The translations under genes were made by a program, and so were the position numbers. Below, in pieces: positions 17,601 to 27,306 of a stretch of 50,626 nt of DNA. The stretch comes from Polyangiales bacterium (GTDB lineage: Bacteria; Myxococcota_A; Polyangia; Polyangiales; Houyiibacteriaceae), in contig JBGCFM010000129.1 of the NCBI GenBank assembly GCA_045106895.1, positions 1 to 50,626 on the forward strand, given 5' to 3'. Below the pieces are notes generated by a model, which was given only the letters and a program-made list of their open reading frames with translations, was not told where the DNA came from and ran no database searches. Position 1 is the first letter of the stretch. Each line of letters begins with the position of its first letter.

Positions 17601-17822
17601 ATGGCGCTCGAAGGAACGATTCAGAAGCTTGGACTCGAAGGCGGCCTCTGGGCCCTCGTCAAAGATGACGGCTCTCAGGTGGAACTCATCGACCCGCCGG
17701 CGGAGATCCGTCAGCAGGGGCGTCGTGTCCGCCTCCTGAAAGTCCGCCGGGAGACGGCGGAGGTTTCCGTGGGGATGGTCGGGGATGCCGTGGAGGTGGT
17801 GTCGTTTGAGTGGGCTCAGTAG
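17601..17822 (+). CDS. Small beta-rich hypothetical protein
   Basis: 73 aa, EGGLWALVKDDG; co-oriented within the gene run. Confidence 0.65.
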   Translation: MALEGTIQKLGLEGGLWALVKDDGSQVELIDPPAEIRQQGRRVRLLKVRRETAEVSVGMVGDAVEVVSFEWAQ

Positions 17823-17911
17823 CCCGAAGCACACAGCTCCCGTCAAATGATCGCGTCGTTACGCCCCGTTCCCTTGCGCGGAGCACGCCCACACCTCAAA
17901 ACGCTGTCTCT

Positions 17912-18307
17912 ATGCTCGATCCGACCACGCTAAAGGGCCACCTCGACCAGCTTGGCTGGGATGCGAAGCCACACGGCGCGGGGACACTTCGAAGCGTCCA
18001 TCAGACGGACGAAGGCGAGATGGTCGTGTACCTGCGACTTCACGCGAACTGGCTCGTGGCGTCGGTGGTCCCATTCCTGGCAACGAAGGGCGACAACAGC
18101 TTCGAGCTTGGCCGGTGGCTGCTGCGTATGAACCGAGACATGCCGCTGGCGAAGTTCGCGTATGACGAGGATGGCGACGTCTCCATCAATATCGAGCTGC
18201 CCACCGAGAACCTCGATTTCAGCGAAGTGAAGTGGGCCCTCGAAGAGCTCCTTGAGCAAGCGACGACTCACCGGGCGACGCTTCGCTCAGCGGCGGAGGG
18301 CTCGTGA
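17912..18307 (+). CDS. YbjN-domain (T3SS-chaperone-like fold) protein
   Basis: LLRMNRDMPLAKFAYDEDGDV..ELP is the YbjN pattern. Confidence 0.75.
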   Translation: MLDPTTLKGHLDQLGWDAKPHGAGTLRSVHQTDEGEMVVYLRLHANWLVASVVPFLATKGDNSFELGRWLLRMNRDMPLAKFAYDEDGDVSINIELPTENLDFSEVKWALEELLEQATTHRATLRSAAEGS

Positions 18308-18822
18308 AGATCGAAGCCGACGCCTTTGTCGACCACCCGGCAGACGAGGTCTTTCGCGCGTACCGGGATGTACTTCCTCGGCTCGTCGAGCAGATCCCCC
18401 AGGTGCGCGCGGTGATCGTTCAGTCTCGCAAAGAGTCGGGCCATATCGTCGAACTCGTCAACCTGTGGCACGGCGACTCGCCGGTCCCCACCATCGCCGA
18501 GAAGATCCTGCCCACGCGCGCTTCGTGGTTTGACCACGCGTCGTGGGATGCCGCCGCACTCGAAGCCACTTGGCGCATCGAAAGCGAAGTGTTCACCGAC
18601 GCCATTCGCTGCGAAGGGGTCAACCGCTTCGTCGCCGTTGGCGACCACACGCGCGTCGAGGTCCGTGCGGAGATTCGCGTGGACCTGTCCAAGCTTCGGC
18701 TGGTACCGGACATGGTCGCGGGACCCATCGGCTCGGCCATCGAGCGCTTCTTCGTGAAGCAGTTTACGCCGAGCGTGGGCACCGTCTGTGACGCCATCGG
18801 CAACTACCTCGACGAGCAGTGA
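18304..18822 (+). CDS. SRPBCC/START-fold protein
   Basis: KIEADAFVDHPADEVFRAY N-terminus, W-rich strands, C-terminal helix; GTGA overlaps on both sides. Confidence 0.65.
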   Translation: MKIEADAFVDHPADEVFRAYRDVLPRLVEQIPQVRAVIVQSRKESGHIVELVNLWHGDSPVPTIAEKILPTRASWFDHASWDAAALEATWRIESEVFTDAIRCEGVNRFVAVGDHTRVEVRAEIRVDLSKLRLVPDMVAGPIGSAIERFFVKQFTPSVGTVCDAIGNYLDEQ

Positions 18823-20117
18823 ACCTCTTCGACAGTCAGCGCGAGGTCCCTCTCGCCGACCGTATGCGACCACGCAACCTCGCCGAAGTTGTCGGGCAGC
18901 GTCACCTCCTCGGGTCCGGCCACCTGCTCGCGCGTCTGATTCGTGCGGATAAACCCCCTTCGATGGTCCTCTGGGGGCCACCGGGAACAGGAAAGACGAC
19001 GCTGGCGCAGGTCGTCGCGAACGAGAGCAAGGCGCACTTTGTGCTCTTCAGCGCGGTCCTCGGCGGGGTCCCGGACCTGCGCAAGCGCATCGCAGAAGCC
19101 ACGGAGCGAAGCCGCCTTGGCAAGCGCACGATTCTCTTCGTCGATGAGATCCACCGCTTCAATAAAGCGCAGCAGGACGCGCTCTTGCCTCACGTGGAAA
19201 ACGGCACCGTCACGCTCATCGGGGCGACGACGGAGAACCCTTCCTTTGCAGTGAACGCCGCGCTTCTCAGTCGAGCTCGCGTCTTCCGACTACAAAGCCT
19301 TGAGGACGAGGACGTCACGATGGTGCTTCGGCACGCCCTTGAGAGCGAACGCGGTCTCGCGGGCAAGACGGCTATTAGCGATGAGGCCGTCGCGGCGCTG
19401 GCGGAGGCTTCTCACGGAGACGCGCGCCGCGCGCTGACGGCGCTGGAGTCCCTCGCCGCGGATGGCCGGCCCGTCGACGTGGAGATGGTTGCCGAAGCCT
19501 TCGAGTCGAAGACACTGCTCTACGACAAAGGAGGAGAAGAGCACTACAACGTGGTCAGCGCTTTCATCAAGTCGATGCGAGGCAGTGACCCGGACGCGAG
19601 CGTGTACTGGATGATGCGCATGCTTGATGCGGGCGAAGACCCGCGCTTCATCATGCGCCGCCTCATCATTTTTGCGAGCGAGGATATCGGCGTCGCGGAC
19701 CCGCGCGCCTTGACCGTTGCCATCGCCGCGGACGCTGCGCTCTCGCGTCTTGGTTTGCCCGAGGCGACTCACGCCATCGCTCAGTGCACGGTCTACATGG
19801 CCGTCGCGCCGAAATCCAACGCGAGCTACCAGGCATTCCTTCGGGCCCGCGCCGATATCGAAAAGCACGGTGCGTTGCCTGTGCCGATGAAGCTACGAAA
19901 CGCGGCGACAAAAGCCATGAAGAGCTGGGGCTACGGGGACGGCTATCGCTACCCTCACGACGAAGGCGGTCACGCAGGCGGAGAAACGTATCTGCCCGAG
20001 GCGCTCGTGGGCCGCGTGTACTTCGAGCCGAGCGGAAACGGGCTTGAGGGCCGGATCCGTGAGCGCGTCCTGAACAGACGCGGTCAGGAGAGCGACAAGC
20101 CCAAGGAGAACCAATGA
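18819..20117 (+). CDS. rarA: Replication-associated recombination protein A (RarA/MgsA AAA+ ATPase)
   Basis: PLADRMRP, GPPGTGKTT, LFVDEIHRFNKAQQD, GATTENP, SAFIKSMRGSDPD, ASEDIG, PKSN. Confidence 0.96.
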   Translation: MNLFDSQREVPLADRMRPRNLAEVVGQRHLLGSGHLLARLIRADKPPSMVLWGPPGTGKTTLAQVVANESKAHFVLFSAVLGGVPDLRKRIAEATERSRLGKRTILFVDEIHRFNKAQQDALLPHVENGTVTLIGATTENPSFAVNAALLSRARVFRLQSLEDEDVTMVLRHALESERGLAGKTAISDEAVAALAEASHGDARRALTALESLAADGRPVDVEMVAEAFESKTLLYDKGGEEHYNVVSAFIKSMRGSDPDASVYWMMRMLDAGEDPRFIMRRLIIFASEDIGVADPRALTVAIAADAALSRLGLPEATHAIAQCTVYMAVAPKSNASYQAFLRARADIEKHGALPVPMKLRNAATKAMKSWGYGDGYRYPHDEGGHAGGETYLPEALVGRVYFEPSGNGLEGRIRERVLNRRGQESDKPKENQ

Positions 20118-21124
20118 GCGATGTCGGAGCGAAGGCGGGTGAGACGAGACCGGACGTTCGCCGCGTGCTTGGCGCCTATGACTTGAGCGAGGCAAGCGTC
20201 ACGCCCATCACCATGGGCCTCATCAACGAGACCTTTCGTGTCGACACGCGAGAAGGCTCTTTTGCGTTGCAGCGCCTGCACCCGGCTTTTGCCGGCGAGC
20301 TCAACGAGGACCTCGACGCCATCACAGCACGCGTGGCAGAGGCAGGGCTTCTGACGCCGCGGCTTTTGCGCACAAGAGACGGGGCCGCGTTTGTGGAGGA
20401 CGAAGGTCGCGCGTGGCGCATGATCACCTGGCTCGACGGAGAGGCGTTTCACTCCACGGATGGGCCCGAGAAGCTCGCGTCGGCGGGTCGTCTGGTGGCA
20501 CGTTTTCATGGCGCGCTTGTCGGCCTGGATCATAAGTTCGCGTTCTCGCGGCCTGGCGCTCACGACACGGCGGCGCATCGCAAACGCCTCATGGAGAGGG
20601 CCAAAAAGCCGCACCCACGGAGCGATGCACTGGGGCCCCTCGCGAGTGCCATCACCGGCTACCCGCTCCCGAAGCTCCCGGAGCTTCCGCTTCGCATCAT
20701 TCACGGCGATCTGAAGTTCTCGAATATTCTCTTCCGCGGCGATGAGGCGGTGGCCCTCGTCGACTTGGACACGCTGCAATGGGGGAGCGTTGTGGTGGAG
20801 CTCGGCGACGCCTTTCGTTCATGGTGCAACCCGCTTGGCGAAGACACGGAGGAGCCTGCTTTTCGGCGCGACCTCTACGACGCCGCTGTGGGCGGATACC
20901 TGGAGGCGGCGGGGGCCTGGTTGAGCGAGGCAGAGCGGACGGCGTTGCCTCTGGGACCAGAGCGCATCGCCTTTGAGCTCTCGACGCGTTTTTGCCTCGA
21001 CGCCTTCGAGGAGAGCTACTTTCGCTGGGACGACACCCGCTTTGCTTCTGCGAGTGAGCACAACGAGATGCGCGCTCGGGCACAGTTCTTCCTCGCGAAG
21101 AGCGCGGCGCAGCAGCTCCGCTAG
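20114..21124 (+). CDS. APH/choline-kinase-family phosphotransferase (NahK-like)
   Basis: GLINETF, LQRL, IHGDLKFSNILF, VDLDT. Confidence 0.85.
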   Translation: MSDVGAKAGETRPDVRRVLGAYDLSEASVTPITMGLINETFRVDTREGSFALQRLHPAFAGELNEDLDAITARVAEAGLLTPRLLRTRDGAAFVEDEGRAWRMITWLDGEAFHSTDGPEKLASAGRLVARFHGALVGLDHKFAFSRPGAHDTAAHRKRLMERAKKPHPRSDALGPLASAITGYPLPKLPELPLRIIHGDLKFSNILFRGDEAVALVDLDTLQWGSVVVELGDAFRSWCNPLGEDTEEPAFRRDLYDAAVGGYLEAAGAWLSEAERTALPLGPERIAFELSTRFCLDAFEESYFRWDDTRFASASEHNEMRARAQFFLAKSAAQQLR

Positions 21125-21158
21125 CAGCCTAGGAATCGCTTCGATAGGAACCAAAACG

Positions 21159-22595
21159 ATGAGCCTGCTTTTTCCACGACTGAACTTCGCCGACGACGCC
21201 CTCGCACTTCGTGTCGGAGACGACGTGCTCAGCTACGCGGCCCTCGCCGCGCGCGCAGGCGGATTCGCCGCGTCCCTCGCCGATGCAGGCATTGTTCGCG
21301 GCGATCGGGTGGGCGTCTTTAGCGACGCGCACCCCAATACCGTGGTTGCCATGATGGGCGCCATCGCCGCAGGCGTGACGGTGGTGCCCCTCAACCCCAA
21401 GCTTGGCAGCAAAGAGCGCGGGCACATCTTGAAAGACAGCGCCCCAAAGCGCGTGTATTCCGCCATCGCGCGTGAGGTCGAAGGGGTCGAGGTCGAGCCC
21501 ATCCTGGCGCGTGAGGCGCCACTGCCGCGACGCGAGACCGTCGGCGGCGAAGTCCTCGTCCTCTACACGAGCGGTACGACTGGGCTGCCCAAGGGGGCCA
21601 TTCTCCGGGATACTCAGATCGCGGCGAACATCGACGGACTCGCCGAGGCGTGGGCGTGGACGGACGACGACGTGGTCGTCCACGCGCTCCCTCTTTTTCA
21701 CGTTCATGGTCTCGTCCTGGGGCTCTTTGGCAGCCTCCGCGTCGGCGGTGCGCTCTGGACCTTTGAGCGTTTCGATGTGGACGCCGTCGCCGATGCACTG
21801 GCTGGTGCCGGGACGATGTTCTTTGCGGTGCCCACCATGCACCATCGCTGGGCCAGTGCCGCAGAGGAAGACTCGACCATCGCCGACAAGATGAAGAGCG
21901 CGCGACTTCTGATCTCCGGCTCGGCTGGCCTGCCGGTCCGTGAACATCGACGCATTGAAGCGCTCATCGGTCGCGCGGTCTTTGAGCGCTATGGGCTCAC
22001 AGAGACGCTCATCAACTGCGCCGTCCCCGACAAGCGTGGGCCGATGCCCGGGACCGTGGGCTTTCCGCTCCGCGGGGTGGAGCTGCGCTTGGTGGACGAC
22101 GCGCGCAACGTTCTCGATTGCCACGACGGCACGACCATTGGGGAGATCGCGGTCCGCGGGCCTTCGGTCTTCGGAGGGTACTTAGGCCGACAAGACGCGA
22201 CGGCGGCGGCGATGGATGACGAAGGCTGGTTCTACACCGGGGATCTGGCGACGCGGGATGAAGAAGGGGCGATTCGCATCATGGGGCGGCGCAGCGTCGA
22301 CCTCATCAAGACCGGTGGCTACAAGGTGGGCGCCGGGGAAGTGGAGGCGTGCATTCTCGAAGTCGAAGGCGTCGCGGAATGCGCCGTCGTTGGCGTACCG
22401 GACGCCGACCTCGGTCAGCGCATCGAGGCGCACTTGGTCTGCCGTGAGGGGGCGAACGTGGACCCGAAGGTCGTGGTGGATCGCGTCGCATCGGAGCTGA
22501 CTCCGCACAAGCGCCCACGCGCCGTGCACTTCGTCGATGCGCTGCCTCGAAACGCCATGGGCAAAGTTCAGAAGAAGCGTCTGCTCCCATCGTAG
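21159..22595 (+). CDS. Acyl-CoA synthetase (malonyl-CoA synthetase/ACSF3-like AMP-binding enzyme)
   Basis: YTSGTTGLPKG, LPLFHVHGL, ERYGLTET, FYTGD, DLIKTGGYKV, PRNAMGKVQK. Confidence 0.92.
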   Translation: MSLLFPRLNFADDALALRVGDDVLSYAALAARAGGFAASLADAGIVRGDRVGVFSDAHPNTVVAMMGAIAAGVTVVPLNPKLGSKERGHILKDSAPKRVYSAIAREVEGVEVEPILAREAPLPRRETVGGEVLVLYTSGTTGLPKGAILRDTQIAANIDGLAEAWAWTDDDVVVHALPLFHVHGLVLGLFGSLRVGGALWTFERFDVDAVADALAGAGTMFFAVPTMHHRWASAAEEDSTIADKMKSARLLISGSAGLPVREHRRIEALIGRAVFERYGLTETLINCAVPDKRGPMPGTVGFPLRGVELRLVDDARNVLDCHDGTTIGEIAVRGPSVFGGYLGRQDATAAAMDDEGWFYTGDLATRDEEGAIRIMGRRSVDLIKTGGYKVGAGEVEACILEVEGVAECAVVGVPDADLGQRIEAHLVCREGANVDPKVVVDRVASELTPHKRPRAVHFVDALPRNAMGKVQKKRLLPS

Positions 22596-22611
22596 GCGAC
22601 ATCAGCGAGCT

Positions 22612-24615
22612 TCACTCGGGGTTGCAGGACCCCTCACAGAAGTTCTCGACGACGCCCGTGCGTAAGAAGACATCCATCTGCCTTTGGGCAGAGCGCAGTC
22701 CTCGGACCGCGCCGTGCGGGTCGTCTCCTTCGCGTGGGGGTACGTTGGTCAACGGCGCCGGGGGGATGCCAAAGTCGTACTCGACGATCCCAGAACCTTC
22801 GTAGGGTGCCGGTGACTCCTCGATGCCGAACACGCTTCGGAACGCAGGGGTCACCATGTGAGCGCCGGCGGCTCGCGCCATCCCATGAGCACCCAAGGGC
22901 GTCACTTGATGGTCGGCGACGGCGACTTGGAGGAGCACGTTTGAAGGCCGCGAACCCGGCAAAGGGTCGTTCATGAAAGGGGTGTAAGTTCCTGGCTCCG
23001 CGTAGTCGAAGTACATCTGGAACAAGCCCACGAGGAGCGGAATTTGCGGCCCCGTACCATACGTCCCGCGCAGCAGGCTGAAGTACGCGTCGAAGTCGAC
23101 GCTTCGGAAAAGAAGCAAAGCGTAGGGCTGCCCGGGCACCCCAAGGATGCCGCGCTCGATGTCCGGGGAGAGGGCAACGAGGGAGCCTCCAAAGATGCCG
23201 CCCTGACTTAGGCCGTAGTAGTAGGTCTGTTCAGGATCGACGACGGATGCGCCTTCCCACATGAGCGCTGGGTCGCTGGCGAGGGCACCGCGCTGCAGGC
23301 GCGTCATGAGCATCATGTTGACGAAGCCCTGGCGAAGACGGTCGGCCACGGTGGCGAAGCGACCGATGTCCGTGCTGCTCACAGACGCGAGGACCTCGCC
23401 GACGTCGTCAGACGACATTCCGATCCAGTCCATCGCCACCATCACGTGGCCTTCGAGGTTTGCAAATTCGCCGATGGGCCCACCCGAAACCTGTCCGGCG
23501 GAGCCGAGGAGTCCATGCCCGAACTGCGTGATGGGCAGAGGTGTTCCTTCCGTGGCTCTGCGCGGAATGCGGATGAGGAATGGGTACCAGGCGGTCCCTT
23601 GAATCGCAGGAAGGCCATCACTTCCGAGCACGAGTTGTCCGCCGGGGCCTGGGTCATCGAGGAAAAGCGGTACCTCGATCTCGCCTTCGATGTGGCGAAG
23701 AATGTTCTCGTTCACGTCCTCCTCAACGGAGACAATTCGGTACGCCGGACCCTCGTCGCCGACGGCCTCGAAGGCCGCGTCGCGCATATGCAGCATCGCG
23801 CCTGTCACGTCGCTGACGCTGCGTGTGTGGAAGCTCCAGGCGAGCTGAAGATCGGCCCGCGGGAAGCCTTCGGCGTCGAGGGCGCGGAAGATGTCCTCGA
23901 ACTCGGCGCGCCGCTCGGCGTGTCGTGGATGGCCATGCGACTCTCCGTCGCGAAAGGCCGCGAAAGAAGAGCTTGGCGCGATCACGTCTCCAGCCGAATC
24001 GACGACACCGCGGATGCCGACCACGTAGTCATGGTCATGCGTAAGCGGCACTACGGGCTGGATCAAGAACGACTTGACCGTCGCCGGATCGTCGACGGAT
24101 TCGTCGAGCTCGGCGAAGTGGGGAACCCGCTGTCCGCTGGTGACGTCGAGGAGCACAGTCAGGGAATCGTCTTCGAGGGAGCCAGCGATATCTTCGGGGT
24201 TCGCCAGCCCCGTGACCGTGGCGCCGGGCAAGTACGCGATGAGCGTCGCGTTCGTGGACCACCCGTCGGCGTCGAAGAGGTCGGGCTGAATCTGCCCGCC
24301 AGGGAGCGTTCGAGGAAGTGAACGGGGGCCGAAGACCACGCGCCGGCCGGTCTCGCGCTCATCGTCCGCGAGCTCGTAGTAACCCGATGGGAAGGGCATG
24401 AGACAATACTCGGGGACGAGGGGGTCGCAGTCGGGGTCGAACTCCATCGAGGCTCCTGCGTCCGCTGCATCGAGAGCCGCATCGAGAGCGGCATCGGTTT
24501 CAGCATCGAACTCGGAGGCGTCGGCGCCGGCGTCCTGCCCAGAATCTGCGACGTCGTCGTCGCCGCATGCCATCGAGGCGACCATCATCAAGGTGAATGC
24601 AAATCGTAGTCTCAC
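22612..24615 (-). CDS. Lipoprotein alpha/beta-hydrolase (bacterial virulence-factor lipase-like)
   Basis: Lipobox SMAC-GDDD, DAG linker, PFPS...DGWS, FGHGLLG, nucleophile elbow GLSQG, DHQV, DPH. Confidence 0.75.
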   Translation of the reverse strand: MRLRFAFTLMMVASMACGDDDVADSGQDAGADASEFDAETDAALDAALDAADAGASMEFDPDCDPLVPEYCLMPFPSGYYELADDERETGRRVVFGPRSLPRTLPGGQIQPDLFDADGWSTNATLIAYLPGATVTGLANPEDIAGSLEDDSLTVLLDVTSGQRVPHFAELDESVDDPATVKSFLIQPVVPLTHDHDYVVGIRGVVDSAGDVIAPSSSFAAFRDGESHGHPRHAERRAEFEDIFRALDAEGFPRADLQLAWSFHTRSVSDVTGAMLHMRDAAFEAVGDEGPAYRIVSVEEDVNENILRHIEGEIEVPLFLDDPGPGGQLVLGSDGLPAIQGTAWYPFLIRIPRRATEGTPLPITQFGHGLLGSAGQVSGGPIGEFANLEGHVMVAMDWIGMSSDDVGEVLASVSSTDIGRFATVADRLRQGFVNMMLMTRLQRGALASDPALMWEGASVVDPEQTYYYGLSQGGIFGGSLVALSPDIERGILGVPGQPYALLLFRSVDFDAYFSLLRGTYGTGPQIPLLVGLFQMYFDYAEPGTYTPFMNDPLPGSRPSNVLLQVAVADHQVTPLGAHGMARAAGAHMVTPAFRSVFGIEESPAPYEGSGIVEYDFGIPPAPLTNVPPREGDDPHGAVRGLRSAQRQMDVFLRTGVVENFCEGSCNPE

Positions 24616-24748
24616 CCCCTAAGACTATCCTCCCTCGAGGGCCTGGAGCTACATGCGTTTGCCGATGGCTGAGATCGGAACTTCGTGGCGCAGTTTTTTG
24701 CGCTCACCCAGTCGACACGATGCCTAGAAAGAGCCTCTGAATCGCCGA

Positions 24749-27238
24749 CTAGTCCGCTTCAAGCACCACCGGCGCGGTGGGGTCGGGGATCTCGATGCTC
24801 ACATCGAGGTCTAAGTGAATGCGCTCTCCGTCGCTGTCGAAGCGCAGCGTTTCGATACGTGCGCCGGCGAGAAGCGGTGAGGCGGTGATGGCGGGCGCGA
24901 CGTCGCGCAGAGCGACGGTCTGGGGCTCAGCCTGCAGGCGGTCACAGATGGTGCCGCGTAGATCGATGGCGCGCTGAAGTGACGCGGGAATGCCGCGCAC
25001 TTGAAAGCGGTCGCATCGCTCGACGGACCCGCTCAGCTCAAGGTCGCTGAGGAGAGTCGGCGCGTTGCTTTCGATCCCCTCGGTGACGTCGATATCCACG
25101 ATGACGGTGGTGTTCATGAGCTCGGCGAGGCTTTGGTTCTCTTCGAGGCAAGGGTAGGGGACACGCCCCTGAACAGTCTGCTCGCAAAACCCGGGGAGCC
25201 CGTCTTCAAAGCAAGGGAGCGAGACGGTTTCGCTGACTTCGTGGTGACACACGCCAAGGTCCACCTCTCGCTCGTCGGCGAGTATGACGAGGCGCAAGGC
25301 GAGGGAGCCGCGCGCTCGAAGGCGCCCACGGTTGAAACCGAGCTCCCAGCCACCGAAGCCAGCGGTGTCGAGTCGGGCTCGGAAGCGCGACAGGTCTCGG
25401 GCCATCAGAACACCCGAGGTGGACTGCATCACGGCTTGCGTCGCGGCGTCGAAGTCTTGCTCTTCGCCGAAGATCGCGGGCGGAAGCTGCGGGCCCAAAA
25501 GGGCGAGGACTTCTTCCTCCGGGAGTGAAAGCCGGAGGCCCTCGGTGGCGAAGCGGAGTGTGCCGGCTCGTCGCTCGACGCGCATCGACCGGAACTGAAG
25601 TCGCAGGTCGTCGATGGCGACCTCGCCGGCGGACTGGACCTGCACGTCGCCAGGCGCGCGAAGCTCAAGGTGACCTTCTCCGTTTGCGGCGCGGGCCTCC
25701 ACGACGAGGCTGGGTGCACGTACGGTGTGTCCCTCGCCGGCGCGTACTTCGACGCCATCGAGGACCGCGTTGAGCGCGTACGTGCCGCGAGAGTCGCTAA
25801 GACTGATCCTCGTCTCCCCACTCAGGCTCCCTTCGACGTGCGCGCCACCGATGTCGACGGCGAGGCGCCCGTTCTGAGCGACGACTTCGCCGCTCGCGGC
25901 GCTCAGCGAGTCCCACGAGTCTCCATGGACGTCACGAATAGAGAGGTGTTCGAAGCGCAGCGTCGTTCCTTCGTCGCCGATCTCAGCGCCCTCGAAGCGC
26001 ATCTCGCGCAACGCGAGGGCAGAGGAAGCGATGGTCTCCTCCGTGGCTGCCTCGTTGTCGTCGACATCGTCCGACGCGGGGCCGTCTGCGGCTGCGCTGG
26101 CGTCTTCGGCTGCGGGTGTCTCCCGGGTCTCCTGGCCAAACGTCGCGCGCTCGACGGTCACGGAGTCGAAGCGAACTTGGTGCTCGCCCACGGCGATGGA
26201 GCCTTCGCCGAGCACCATATCTCCGCGCAGGCTGCGAACGCATTCACTCTCGCCGCCGACGGGTCCGCCGCATTCGTAGCGCGTGAGCTCTAGGCGGGCG
26301 GATGTCAGCGCGACGCTGTCTGCGTTCTCCCCCTGCTCGCCGTTGTCTCCGTCGTCTCCATGAAAGTAGCGTCCGGCGCCGAGGACGAGCTGACTGGGCC
26401 GGTCCACGGTGGTCAACGTGAGGCGTCCGACGGAGGCGCTCCCTTCCCGGCGTCTCGAGTAGGTGCCACGCGCCTCAAGTTCGCCGGAGTCAACGCACAG
26501 ACGTCCACCTCCACCGGCGATGCAGGTGCCCTCGGCGAGGACGAAGTGGGCGTCCAAGTCCAGGCGCGCAGATTGAGCGCTCACATCGACATCGACCCGC
26601 CGCATCGACAGCGCACTTCCGGGCCCAAGCTTGAGCACGCTCCCGGCGTGGTTGATCTCCGCGCCATCGCGAAGCCCCACGCGTACTTCGCCCACCTCGA
26701 TGCGGCGAAACATATCGACGGCGTCCGGGAGCTCATCGATTCCGGCAGGCACACCGGAGATCGCTTGGGCGATGCTCTGGGCGATGGTGCGGCCGGCGCG
26801 AATGTTCACGGCCACGCCGTCGCCGCCTTCTTCGAGGCGAACGCTCTCGAGGGTCACACGGCGCGGTGTATCGGCGTTCCCGATGAGCACCACGGGCCGG
26901 GAGAAGCTCAGCGCGAAGGTTCGTGCCTCGGGATGTAGCCGAACATTCTCATCGCTCTCATCGAAACGCAGAGCGACGTCCGCTTCGAAGGTAAGGGTCG
27001 TGGGCCCCGTAATGTCGACGGCGGCGTAGTCACCCCCAGGCATCGCGAAGCGGCCTTCTTTTAGCGTTGCACTTCCCGCAAAACGCAGCGAGCCCGCGGC
27101 ACGAAGGAGCGAGGAAAAGTCAGTCTCTCCGAGCCTGAGCGCGTCCCGTGAGATCGAGAGCGTTTCGATGGGCACGTGGTGCACGCATCCACTGACCGCC
27201 AGGAGTAGAGCAAGCAGCGCCGAGTAGGTGAATCGCAT
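24749..27238 (-). CDS. Large beta-rich lipoprotein of unknown function
   Basis: Lipobox VSGC; about 830 aa of amphipathic beta-strands with acidic insertions and a Cys-paired C-terminal region. Confidence 0.75.
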   Translation of the reverse strand: MRFTYSALLALLLAVSGCVHHVPIETLSISRDALRLGETDFSSLLRAAGSLRFAGSATLKEGRFAMPGGDYAAVDITGPTTLTFEADVALRFDESDENVRLHPEARTFALSFSRPVVLIGNADTPRRVTLESVRLEEGGDGVAVNIRAGRTIAQSIAQAISGVPAGIDELPDAVDMFRRIEVGEVRVGLRDGAEINHAGSVLKLGPGSALSMRRVDVDVSAQSARLDLDAHFVLAEGTCIAGGGGRLCVDSGELEARGTYSRRREGSASVGRLTLTTVDRPSQLVLGAGRYFHGDDGDNGEQGENADSVALTSARLELTRYECGGPVGGESECVRSLRGDMVLGEGSIAVGEHQVRFDSVTVERATFGQETRETPAAEDASAAADGPASDDVDDNEAATEETIASSALALREMRFEGAEIGDEGTTLRFEHLSIRDVHGDSWDSLSAASGEVVAQNGRLAVDIGGAHVEGSLSGETRISLSDSRGTYALNAVLDGVEVRAGEGHTVRAPSLVVEARAANGEGHLELRAPGDVQVQSAGEVAIDDLRLQFRSMRVERRAGTLRFATEGLRLSLPEEEVLALLGPQLPPAIFGEEQDFDAATQAVMQSTSGVLMARDLSRFRARLDTAGFGGWELGFNRGRLRARGSLALRLVILADEREVDLGVCHHEVSETVSLPCFEDGLPGFCEQTVQGRVPYPCLEENQSLAELMNTTVIVDIDVTEGIESNAPTLLSDLELSGSVERCDRFQVRGIPASLQRAIDLRGTICDRLQAEPQTVALRDVAPAITASPLLAGARIETLRFDSDGERIHLDLDVSIEIPDPTAPVVLEAD

Positions 27239-27306
27239 AGGCCTCACCATGATCAACGCTCCGGCGTCGCGCAATATGCCCAGTGAGCGCCGCTATTTGG
27301 CCAGAC

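Noticed and set aside
24686..24702. Sigma-54 promoter-like TGGCGC...TTGC
   Set aside because: GG-to-GC spacing is 11 rather than 10, and it points into the end of a minus-strand gene.
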